Made by a program: the position numbers and the translations under genes. The notes beneath the pieces are model-generated. The model was not told the origin of the DNA and ran no database searches. It worked only from the letters and a program-made list of their open reading frames with translations. Positions 29,110 through 38,240 of a stretch of DNA of 64,000 nt are shown here, in pieces; the stretch's first letter is position 1, and each line of letters opens with the position of its first letter. Origin of the DNA: a virus; IMG/VR virus record IMGVR_UViG_3300021090_000016, positions 3,552 through 67,551 of that record; one strand, 5' to 3'.

Positions 29110-30191
29110 CTTCTAGCACTCGCTTCAAAGGCTACGAAGACCGGGCTCCCATCTTCGCGCCGCCACTGGCAATTACGGTAGGAGATCCTCTGGCCTTGGC
29201 TCAATGAGCCACCGTTGAGCTTTCTCCACTCGCTCGGGCAAACAATGGTCCCAGCAGGGAACTCTCGCGCCTCCATCGTCTGGTAGTTCACGACGAACGT
29301 GACTGGGATAGCCAGCACGCTCAGGCTTTTCATCTGCCGCCTCTTTCCACAGACCGGGCATTTCATGGCTTACCCCACCTTCTTCGCATGGACATAGGGC
29401 CAGATCAGGACGCGGATGATCTTCTGTGGCATGGTCGCCATGATCCGGTGTGCCTCTATCCTCGCATCCCTGCGCGTCTTATAGAGGCGACAGTCGTTCG
29501 TCTCAGAGAAGTCAGCGAACGTCACGATGAGGTAGAACATGGAATGCCCCCTTGGATCAGTGAAACACTCTTTCGGGAACTCCACTGACCCATAGCATGG
29601 ATGTTCAGTTGTTAAGTTCCCTATCTTGTGAACTGGAAGCCTGTCATCAACCAGAACAAACACGGTATTGCAGTATTGACACATTCCTTCCTTCATGGAA
29701 CTCCACCTTTCATGTGTGGATAGACTCCAGCATCGCCAGCAAGTCCCTGGCAATGACCTGGGCGTCCTCGCCCTTCTTGATCCGTTCAGCGACACCCTCG
29801 GCGAAGATGGCTCCAATGGGTGGCTCGTTGGCGGCAATTCTCAGTAGAGTTCCAGCAAGCAAGCAGTCGGGTGAGCCAACAAGCCCTTGCTGTCCTGGGA
29901 ACCACCACATCTCATCGCGGTACTTTGCATCAGCACAGGAGCGCAGCTCGGCTGCGCTCCTGTCGTCGATGATTCGTCGGAACATGGCGCTACCCCCTAT
30001 CATGCGGTGAACTGGACGACAGCCCAGCGGAATCTGCCATTGGCAGTAGAGCGGATCTTGACCTTGTTGACACCGTTCTTGGTCTTCCGGCGATCATGAA
30101 GTGGAAGAGAGTGATAGATGGTCTTTGGCATCCTCACGATCTCGGTTGGCTGAACGCTCATGGTGAACCTCCAGGGTAAGAGTGTGTAGAG

Positions 30192-30265
30192 TTGGGGATC
30201 AGGGAATCGAACCCTGTTGTCTCGTGCTCCCAAGGCACGCGGCTCAGCCATCTGCCACATCCCCA
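30192..30265 (-). tRNA. tRNA-Pro(TGG)
   Basis: Acceptor TGGGGAT/ATCCCCA, anticodon arm CGTGC-CTTGGGA-GCACG, T arm CAGGG-TTCGATT-CCCTG. Confidence 0.85.
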
Positions 30266-30335
30266 AGTGCATCCTCCACCGGAACCCCACCCTCCACCAA
30301 AGGGTGGCCCCTCCACCGATTGCCGCACAGTCCAC

Positions 30336-30545
30336 CTAGTCGTAGTAGTTGCCGCAGAGGTGGGCCTTGCTTACCACGGCACACGTCTTGCCGTCCACCG
30401 TGTCGAGGATGGGGACGTTGGGGAAACGTCCCTCCACGATCACAACGGGGACGTAATGCTTCCGGCAAGCATGGGGCTGGCAGAACTTTCGGACCTCCTC
30501 CAGCACATCTGTGGGGATACGGGACACGTCGGCTCTGCTGTACAT
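30336..30545 (-). CDS. Hypothetical protein
   Basis: AGGAG RBS. Confidence 0.45.
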   Translation of the reverse strand: MYSRADVSRIPTDVLEEVRKFCQPHACRKHYVPVVIVEGRFPNVPILDTVDGKTCAVVSKAHLCGNYYD

Positions 30546-30851
30546 GGCAATCTCCTGAAAGGCATCCTCCACCGATCACTTTCACAGCTCGTCCAAGAAC
30601 CTCTCGATGTTGCGGACTCGACCTAGAGCCATATTGATGTTGGGGTCCGGCCTGTTGTCTAGGCAGAACCTGATCTCGCGTGCTTCGTGACCAAGGTGCT
30701 CACGGACCTTGGTAGCCTGACAGGCAATCTGCTGGCGCACGATCTCTTGCCAGTGCTCTGTAACCTGAATATGTTCTTCCACTGTCATGGCAAGCTCCTT
30801 AAAAGCACCACACACCAATCCACACTGGCCCGCCTCGCTGTCGAGGGAGCG

Positions 30852-31040
30852 CTACGCGGGCAGCTTCTCGCCGGGCTTCATGGGCAGATCCCACTTCAGC
30901 CCATAGTCGGCAGCCATCTTGTGGAAGGCGAGTTTCTCCTCGTATGACAACTCCCGCAGCTCGGCGGCGAAGACGGCTACCGAGGTGCCCGGACGGAAGC
31001 CGAAGAACTCCTTCATGCCAGCGGTGAATGACTTGCTCAT
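30852..31040 (-). CDS. Hypothetical protein (MSKSFTAGMKEFFG...)
   Basis: AGGAG RBS. Confidence 0.55.
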   Translation of the reverse strand: MSKSFTAGMKEFFGFRPGTSVAVFAAELRELSYEEKLAFHKMAADYGLKWDLPMKPGEKLPA

Positions 31041-31107
31041 CTGATGATCTCCTGTTTGGACCTGTTGGGTACGCAATACAAGCATCCTCCACCGAGGATG
31101 GTGTTGA

Positions 31108-31359
31108 CTACGCGGGCAGCTTGGGCAGCTCTTTGCTGCCGACGATGGTGAGGTTGAGACCGACCTGGACGGAGCAGGGCACCCCGTCCACCTCGACCAC
31201 GGTCTTTCCGTTGATGTTCCAGCCCAGGGAGCCGGTGGAGAAGTCCCTGGGCAGAGCCGGCATGACAGTGCCTGCGATCTGTACCGTGAGCGGCTTGGCC
31301 TTGCTCAAGAACTGGTGTCGGGACACCGGGCAAATCGTCTTCTTGAAACCGTTCGCCAT
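31108..31359 (-). CDS. Small beta-rich conserved protein (FSTGSLGW...VQVGLNLTIVGSK), first gene of the early operon
   Basis: Directly downstream of the promoter at 31411-31439. Confidence 0.6.
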   Translation of the reverse strand: MANGFKKTICPVSRHQFLSKAKPLTVQIAGTVMPALPRDFSTGSLGWNINGKTVVEVDGVPCSVQVGLNLTIVGSKELPKLPA

Positions 31360-31410
31360 GACAAACCCCTTCGATAGAAGAAACGTGAATCGGTCAATCT
31401 GCACACTTCA

Positions 31411-31439
31411 ATTCTACGTCACGTTTCATGTTTCGTCAA
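31411..31439 (-). promoter_or_regulatory. Sigma70-type early promoter
   Basis: TTGACG-17 nt-TAGAAT, overlapped by GAAACGTG motifs. Confidence 0.8.
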
Positions 31440-31851
31440 CTCACTTGCAATGAATTGTATCGGTGAGGCGCTTCCATCGACACGTTTCTTTCTTTCTGTC
31501 GTGTCGCAGAGTGCGGCTGCCTGTATCGCGTGAGGATGCCCCAGGATGCGTCCGGAGCGCTGCCGTCGACACAAGAGTCGTGTGGCAGCGCATAGCGCCA
31601 CATGCGGCATCGTAGGAGGATCCGCGCTCCCATCGAAGGGTTTTGGATTTTGAAAGGGGGGTAAGGGGGGTTTGTATTTGTATTAGGGCTGGGCTGGGCT
31701 GGGAGGTGAACACGGCGGACGCACTTGTGTTCGCTTGTGCGTTTGTGTGCAACACATAACTAAAGAGTTAGGTGGAAGTGAACGCGAGCGCGCTACCATC
31801 GTTGGGCTGGGCGCGCTACTATCGCCAGCCGGTCGCGGGTGATTGGCGATA

Positions 31852-31900
31852 GAAACGAAAATACCCCGCGTGGGAGGATGAGTCCTCCCACGCGGGGTAT
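31852..31900 (-). terminator. Intrinsic terminator
   Basis: Perfect 18-bp inverted repeat (31861-31878 / 31883-31900) followed on the minus strand by a U-rich run; downstream of ORF 31947-33290. Confidence 0.8.
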
Positions 31901-31946
31901 AGGTGTTACTGGACGTTGTACCGTTCGGGGTGTCAGCAGCCCACTA

Positions 31947-33290
31947 CTAGGCGACGGTTGCCAGCTCGGAGCCGTTCCCGACCTTCCATCCGTTGCCGTG
32001 GCCAATCGCTGCCCTGTCATGCTCCAGCTGCGCGGCCCGCAGGGCGTCCTCGCGCTCCTTTGCGACTGCCGCAGACGTTCCTGCGGCATACTCCTTGTCC
32101 TGGCGCTCCTGCGCGTGCGACTTGATGAATGCCATGACGGCCTTGCGAAGCTCGCTCGGGATATCGCGCTCTTCCTTGACCAGCCGGACGATCTCCAGGA
32201 TAACATCCGTCCAAATGGGATGCCGCTTGATCCCCTCCAGCATCATGCTTGCGTAGTCACGGGCGCTCGACTTCTTGCCCGTCTCCTCGCAGTAGGTCAA
32301 CCAGTTCGTCGGCTTGCCTGCTGGCGGATTGCCAGGGGGCACTGTGTCGTCATCCTCATCATCGTCGGGGCCAGTCTTTACCGTGACCGGCGGGGTAGTG
32401 GAGTCCGGCGTCGTCGCGGGCGGATTCTTGCGCTCCGCCGCTTCCGCTTCCTTGCGCTTGGCATACGCTTCCGGCGCGGTCAAGCGCTCGCATTCGTCCC
32501 TGAGGGTATCTAGCGTCACGCGCTCACGGTCGGTCCGGCATGCGCGGCTGAATAGATCCCGCGCATCGGCGTCCACTGCCGAACCCTTGAGCCGTGCGGT
32601 TCCTTCCGTGTCGATCTCTACCAGCCGTTCCGACAGAACGCGGAGGCGCGAAAAGTCGATGTCCTTCCAGCCCTTGCCGCTTGCCTTGCCGTTCCCCTTG
32701 CTCTTGTAGTCGCTCAGCAAGCCGACCGCCAACGTCAACCGCATGAAGAGATTGACATCGGTGTGGCTCTTCTTGCTCGCCAGCGGCGCGATGCGGTCCT
32801 TGCAGATCGACACCGCGAACGCCCGGTCCTTCTCCGACCGGAGCAAGCCCACGTCCTTCCTCCAAGCGAGAAAGTCGAGCGCGTCCTGCCCAGTCAAGAT
32901 CCGGGACACCGCGAGAGCGGTGTTGCCCGCATGGTAGTCCTTCGCCAAGCGAGCCAGGATCTTCTCGCCTTCCTTCTGCTGGCTCTCAGTCATCTCCGCG
33001 ATAGCCGTTGCTCCGGTCGGGATCTCTCCCTGATCGATGACGGACTGCTCGCTTGACAGCGTATCCTCATCCTGAGGAGCGTTGATCAGCGCGGCTTCGT
33101 CCTCGCTGATCGGCTCATTCCGCTCAACCCTTGCGACCGCGAGCTGCACGCACAGCGCGTCAATCTGCGCTCCAAGCGCTTCCGCCTCCTGCGACTTCAG
33201 ATCGGCAATCGCCCCGAGCTGCACGGTCAGCGCGTCAATCTGTTCCTGTACGGGGTTGACAACTTCGCCATTCTCGATAGCTTCAGACAT
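31947..33290 (-). CDS. Hypothetical 447-aa charged, helical protein (stand-alone pre-early gene)
   Basis: Long ORF with its own terminator and a structured leader. Confidence 0.7.
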   Translation of the reverse strand: MSEAIENGEVVNPVQEQIDALTVQLGAIADLKSQEAEALGAQIDALCVQLAVARVERNEPISEDEAALINAPQDEDTLSSEQSVIDQGEIPTGATAIAEMTESQQKEGEKILARLAKDYHAGNTALAVSRILTGQDALDFLAWRKDVGLLRSEKDRAFAVSICKDRIAPLASKKSHTDVNLFMRLTLAVGLLSDYKSKGNGKASGKGWKDIDFSRLRVLSERLVEIDTEGTARLKGSAVDADARDLFSRACRTDRERVTLDTLRDECERLTAPEAYAKRKEAEAAERKNPPATTPDSTTPPVTVKTGPDDDEDDDTVPPGNPPAGKPTNWLTYCEETGKKSSARDYASMMLEGIKRHPIWTDVILEIVRLVKEERDIPSELRKAVMAFIKSHAQERQDKEYAAGTSAAVAKEREDALRAAQLEHDRAAIGHGNGWKVGNGSELATVA

Positions 33291-33578
33291 GGGTAAACCT
33301 CTACATAGGTTTGCCTTCCGGGCAGGGGAGCGTTAACTCTCCTGCCCGACTTGCTGCGCTGCCCGGCACATGCCAGACAGACCGCATACCCATGCCATTA
33401 GCCACTTAAGGCATTTGGCATGCACACCGAATTGTCAATCCGTTCCCACTGCCAGGGACCGGGATACTCGGGTTGACCGCTCTGGGAGCGTAACAGCCGA
33501 GTAGTGCATTGCATGCCGCGTTTGGACGGCTCACACCATTGGTGTAACGGGTTTACGGGTATCCATACCCGCCATCAC

Positions 33579-33788
33579 CTAGCACCGAACGCTTGCACGG
33601 CTCCTGCAGGCGTACACCACGCCGCCAGCCGAGTTGATGATGCGAAACCTGGCACGCGGGCAGAGCAGCGTGACCGGGTGCGCCAGATCGACGACCGACC
33701 GTGCCTCCTTGTCCTCGCCGGGCAGCACAACCGCCCACTGCTCCCAGGTGTCGCCGTAGTCATACGTTACCTGCACGATGTCGTTCAT
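33579..33788 (-). CDS. Hypothetical protein
   Basis: AGGAG RBS; promoter at 33839-33867. Confidence 0.5.
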   Translation of the reverse strand: MNDIVQVTYDYGDTWEQWAVVLPGEDKEARSVVDLAHPVTLLCPRARFRIINSAGGVVYACRSRASVRC

Positions 33789-33838
33789 GCTGATTCTCCT
33801 GAACAAAAGTGAACCGCGCCGGACCTTCCGGCAAGACA

Positions 33839-33867
33839 ATCATGGACCACGCGCAGCTGCAAGTCAA
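33839..33867 (-). promoter_or_regulatory. Promoter, copy 1 of a duplicated pair
   Basis: TTGACT-17 nt-CATGAT. Confidence 0.6.
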
Positions 33868-34160
33868 GGCAAAATCGTTGCGACCGGCAGCCTGGCGGTA
33901 GCCGCGTACAGCCGTTCGAGCAGCATACACTCTCGGATGACCATGATTTCTCTCCATTACTTGACAGGGAATAGCCGGTTGAAACGTTTGGCGTCAACGT
34001 AGTTGTCCTTGCCAACGCAAGCCGCGAGCTGCGGATGCTTGCGGGCAAGCTCGCAACCCTTGCCCCGGCATACGATGACAGTCACGATTGCGTAGGCTTG
34101 CTGGCGGGTCACTCTGGCTCCTGAACAATTTTTCAGCAGGGGCATTCTGGGAACCAGGCA

Positions 34161-34189
34161 ATGGTAGTTCACGCTCAGCTGGTTGTCAA
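34161..34189 (-). promoter_or_regulatory. Promoter, copy 2 of a duplicated pair
   Basis: TTGACA-17 nt-TACCAT; shares the upstream 14-mer and spacer similarity with copy 1. Confidence 0.65.
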
Positions 34190-34410
34190 CCGAAAATCGT
34201 TGCGACAGGCAAAATAGCCGAAACCTCATTATTGATCGGCACTTACGCCGAATCTCCTCCCGCGCTTGTCCGGTTCCAATACGTATTGGAAGGAGACAAC
34301 TGCCTGGCAAAATACTGTACAACAGTTCATGCGCCCAGCCCCTCGCCAGCAAGAGACAGTACCCCGGCAGGAACAAGAGGATGTATGACTGCCAGTATGG
34401 TAGCATGCGT

Positions 34411-34482
34411 GGACCGGAATGACCGGAGAGACCGGAAGGATGAGGTGACTGGGCGGACCGAGGGGACCGAGGGGACCGAAGG
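34411..34482 (+). repeat. Short tandem GACCG(G/A) repeats with ~9-nt period
   Basis: ggaccggaat gaccggagag accggaagg ... ggaccgagg ggaccgagg ggaccgaagg. Confidence 0.7.
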
Positions 34483-35100
34483 TAAGCTGAAACATGCTAA
34501 TCCTCATCTACTTACTGAACATTCACCCTTCCCCTGTCACTGCTGTGTAGTGTGCTGTGTAGCGGAGCCGTGTGCCTGGTTGGAGGATCACGCGGGCGCG
34601 GCAGATGATTGTCGAGACGCGCGGTGCGAACGGGGAGCGCGGGCAGCGGCGCACGCAGCGTATCGCAGACCCGGGCCCGACCCCCCAGAGGACAGACGGT
34701 ATAGGTAAGCTTCCCCTGCCATGGTTTTTCACCTTTTGGCAACTGGTGGGGCATTGGGCAGGAGGCAGGCAATGTCCATGGATTGGTCTATGTGCTGAAC
34801 GGAGAGTGGGTAGGGTTGAGAGGACATGGAGATCAGGAAGGATAGACAGGATAGTGAGTCAGCGCGCAACGACAGCTGGGGCAGTGTTCGAACAGTTACG
34901 GAGTCACTGTTCGAACAACTCCGGCTCGCGGGATCGATGCCATCAGTTGCGCGAGCTTTCGGATACCTCTTCCCTCGCCTGGGCAAGCGTCTCCAGTCCC
35001 AGGGTCGTTGGGCAAGTTTGGTTGCTGCACCTTTATCGCCTCGGCGGTCGGTAGTGCAGCCGTTGAACCGTGTGCCCAGTCGAGGGGCTATGGATCGAAA

Positions 35101-35226
35101 GTGGGCTGTTCGGGAATCGAACCCTCAATGCATGCCATCCCAGGTCGCCGGCCTTGTACACGGGGTTGAACCGCTGTGGGATGGGTCACTCCTCGGCGGG
35201 CCATTGCTGGGCACCGCCGCAGCCCA
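35101..35226 (-). ncRNA. tRNA-like RNA (~126 nt) with an enlarged central arm
   Basis: 7-bp terminal stem TGGGCTG/CAGCCCA, T-loop GGG-TTCGATT-CCC, stems CGGCGG/CCGCCG and CCATCCCA/TGGGATGG. Confidence 0.55.
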
Positions 35227-35260
35227 GCTTGAACTGTCAAGGATTACTTGACAGTTGCGA

Positions 35261-35563
35261 TCACTCTAGTCTGAACAGAAGATCGACCAACCACCATGCG
35301 ATCACGGTTATAAGTGCAGCGGTCGAGACAGCGCCAACACCCATCAAGGCCAGGTCCATGACGGACGACTTGGGATGGAACTGGTGATCGCCGCACCAGT
35401 CATCGGGCTCGGTCACTGGCCAGACCGCACAGTCCCTGTCCTCTGGGTCGATGTCATCGTCTACCTGCTTCATGACGAGCCGAGGCGATTTGGCTCTGCA
35501 GAGCCCGCCGGATGATCCGAATTCCTCGTTCCAAAACCTGCAATTCTCACACTTCGGTTCCAC
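35261..35563 (-). CDS. Small Cys-rich (CxxC...C...WC) protein with C-terminal TM helix
   Basis: 'CENCRFW...GLCR..SP...WP.T..DDWCGDH'; GGAGG RBS. Confidence 0.6.
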   Translation of the reverse strand: MEPKCENCRFWNEEFGSSGGLCRAKSPRLVMKQVDDDIDPEDRDCAVWPVTEPDDWCGDHQFHPKSSVMDLALMGVGAVSTAALITVIAWWLVDLLFRLE

Positions 35564-35782
35564 GTTCTCCCCTCCATTTCAGCAGTCGTCGCGCGACCTG
35601 CCGTTGTACTTCCTGTCGGAGCGCCCAGGCTTGTTGCTGGCTTTTCCAATCCAATCGACAAACCTTGGCTTGCGTTTGCCGGGAGCACAGTCAGCGCAAA
35701 GACCAGTGCTCGGGTCGATCACCCGAAGGCAAGTACAGCGTAAACAGCGGTCTTTTCTCTCATCCATCGCATCCTCTGGCTC

Positions 35783-35810
35783 ATTCTACGCGCCATTCGT
35801 CACAAGTCAA
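35783..35810 (-). promoter_or_regulatory. Sigma70-type promoter (leftward)
   Basis: TTGACT-16 nt-TAGAAT. Confidence 0.6.
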
Positions 35811-35868
35811 CCTCTAGACCGTCACGTGTGACAAAAAAGAAATAGTAGGTAATTTGTGTTTTCTGCAC

Positions 35869-35897
35869 TTGACTTCCGACACAAGTATCCGTAGAGT
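35869..35897 (+). promoter_or_regulatory. Promoter for the structural operon
   Basis: TTGACT-17 nt-TAGAGT with an AT-rich upstream element. Confidence 0.65.
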
Positions 35898-35952
35898 GTG
35901 AATTAGGCGAGACTAAATGCTGCACTTAGGCAGCGCTAACACAGGGTATTCC

Positions 35953-37077
35953 ATGGCTGTCGAAGACAATCTGCTTTCAGGCGGCAATTCGATCAATGAC
36001 GACGGTGGCCCGCCGGCGACGGTTGCGTCCCAGGTGTCCACCCCGAGCGCTCAAGCGCAACCCCCTCTGCCGGCCAGCTCCCCTCCGGCTGCCACCACAG
36101 GCCAGTTGGGGGGTGAGCAGGCCGGTTCTCAGGGTGAATGGACCGGGATCAGAGATGCGCTTCGCAGCCAGGGCATCAACCTGCCAGATGGGTTGGACGA
36201 CCAGGCGATCGTTCGGCAGCTCGGTCAGTCGTACCAGCAGGCTCAGCAGTATCAGAACCAGGTCCGCCAGCTGGAGCAGTACGCTCAGTACGGTCAGGCC
36301 ATCATGCCTCACTGGGACAAGTTCCAGGGCTGGCTTCAGGAACAGAACTCGGCGGCTCAGGCAAAGCAACAGAAGGACGCGCAGGCGCCTTGGTACTCCA
36401 AGTGGCACAACCCGCCTGAATACAACCAGGCGTGGGACCGGCTGATTGAGCGTGACCCGGTGACTGGTCAGCTTCGCGTGGTTCCGGGCGCCGACCCGAC
36501 GATCCTTCCGAAGTACACCCAGTACCAGGCATACCAGAGACAGACGGCTGAGAAGCTGTTGGCGAACCCGTACCAGTTCTTCGAAGAGCCGATCCGGCAC
36601 ATCGCCCAGGAAGTTGCCGAGAAGATCGCCAAGCAGAACCTGACGAGCTATCAGGACAACCTCTTCTCTGACAATTTCGTTCAGCAAAACGCGAGCTGGT
36701 TGGTGCAGAAGGACCAGAGCGGTCGCGCGGTTTCGCTGACGCCCGAGGGCCAGGCATTCCGTGGATTCGTTCTCGAAGCAGAGCAGATGGGTGTCAAGGA
36801 CGTGCGAGCCCAGCAGCACTACGCGACCCGGATGTTGGAGAGAGAGCTTGCCCTGCAAAATCTCCAGAAGAACGGGAACGCACAGACCGGCGATGACAAG
36901 AAACAGGCTTATCTGAACCAAGCAGCCGGCGCAAACCATGTGCCCGGTCAGTCCGGTTCGATCCAGATCAAGAACGGCAGCGCTACGACCCAGAACCCGT
37001 CACTCACTTTGCCTGAGCGACTGCGCCAGGCATTTGAGAGTAGCGGGATCACCGACAAGAACCTTCAGCTTGCTTGA
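35953..37077 (+). CDS. Putative capsid scaffolding protein
   Basis: Gln-rich helical protein immediately upstream of the capsid gene. Confidence 0.65.
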   Translation: MAVEDNLLSGGNSINDDGGPPATVASQVSTPSAQAQPPLPASSPPAATTGQLGGEQAGSQGEWTGIRDALRSQGINLPDGLDDQAIVRQLGQSYQQAQQYQNQVRQLEQYAQYGQAIMPHWDKFQGWLQEQNSAAQAKQQKDAQAPWYSKWHNPPEYNQAWDRLIERDPVTGQLRVVPGADPTILPKYTQYQAYQRQTAEKLLANPYQFFEEPIRHIAQEVAEKIAKQNLTSYQDNLFSDNFVQQNASWLVQKDQSGRAVSLTPEGQAFRGFVLEAEQMGVKDVRAQQHYATRMLERELALQNLQKNGNAQTGDDKKQAYLNQAAGANHVPGQSGSIQIKNGSATTQNPSLTLPERLRQAFESSGITDKNLQLA

Positions 37078-37103
37078 ATGAAAGTGCAGAGGAGGGGTGA
37101 GCG

Positions 37104-38207
37104 ATGCCCGTACCAGACTGGTCAAGAGTTGCAAACACCACGATTCACCAGTACATCCGCGACGAGGAAGTCAATATCCTCCGTGGCCGGAAGCTGCTGA
37201 GTCTGATGAAGAACAAGGGCCGAATCACGTTCGGTCACTCCGGCGACTTCATGGACTGGAAGGTCCGCTACAAGCGTGCCCCTATGCAGGGCTACGCTGA
37301 CAGCGACACCCTGACCTTCAGCCGGCGCGATCGGTGGAAGACCGCCCAGCTCGACTGGCGCGGCTACGCGGCTACCGACCAGTTCACCAAGCTGGAGTCC
37401 CTCAAGAACCGGGGCACCGAAGCCATTATCAAGTTCTGGAGCCAGATCGCTCAGAACCTGATGGATGACATCGAAGACCAGTTCGGCGACGAGCTGTACA
37501 TCGACGGCAACGCCTCCGGCAACTCCAAGCGGCTGCACGGTATCGAGTCGTTCATGGGCAACTCGGGCGCCTCTGGTACGACTGGCGCTGTGGTTGCGGT
37601 TCCGTCCGACACCTATGCCGGTCTGACGACTGGTCTGGGCGACTACGGCGGAAGCTGGACACAGGGCACTGGTGGTACTGCCTGGCCCAGCGCGACTGGC
37701 GATGCCCAGTACGACTTCTGGAGCCCGCTCCTGGTGGACTACGGCGATGCCGACTGGGCAGCGAGCGGCGTCACCTGGGCAGACACCTGCAAGGAAGCAC
37801 TTCGCTTCGGCATCATCAAGCAGAAGAACAGGGCCAAGAGTGCCAAGGGCGGTCTGGACCTGATCCTGGCGAACGATGAGCTGTACCGTCTGTTCGAGGA
37901 TGCTCTGGACAGCCGTGAGCGGACGATCATTCGGCGCGGCGAGAGCCCCGGTGGCATGTACGCCCTAGGCTTCTCCGATATTGTCAACTGGGACGGCGTG
38001 GACATCACCTACGAATACGGTGTCCCGGCTGGCGTGGCATATGGCCTGCCGATGTCTGCCCTTGAAATGCGCAGCCTCCAGAAGCAGCTCTTCATCCCGA
38101 CCGGGCCGGATGAGGACATTGCGAGCCAGAGCTTCCGGTTCTCGATCGATTTCTTCGGAAATATGCGTTTCAACCCCAGGGGCTTTGTCAAATGGCTTGA
38201 CCTGTGA
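37104..38207 (+). CDS. Major capsid protein (HK97 fold)
   Basis: 367 aa, strong GAGGAGG RBS, strongly biased codon use; 'ELYIDG...LHGIES' pattern; lies after the scaffold gene. Confidence 0.85.
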   Translation: MPVPDWSRVANTTIHQYIRDEEVNILRGRKLLSLMKNKGRITFGHSGDFMDWKVRYKRAPMQGYADSDTLTFSRRDRWKTAQLDWRGYAATDQFTKLESLKNRGTEAIIKFWSQIAQNLMDDIEDQFGDELYIDGNASGNSKRLHGIESFMGNSGASGTTGAVVAVPSDTYAGLTTGLGDYGGSWTQGTGGTAWPSATGDAQYDFWSPLLVDYGDADWAASGVTWADTCKEALRFGIIKQKNRAKSAKGGLDLILANDELYRLFEDALDSRERTIIRRGESPGGMYALGFSDIVNWDGVDITYEYGVPAGVAYGLPMSALEMRSLQKQLFIPTGPDEDIASQSFRFSIDFFGNMRFNPRGFVKWLDL

Positions 38208-38240
38208 TCGACGGGGTAAGCGAAAAGAGAGGGTACTGAT

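Noticed and set aside
34411-34482. Possible CRISPR array
   Set aside because: The units are ~9 nt with no unique spacers, and no cas genes are present.
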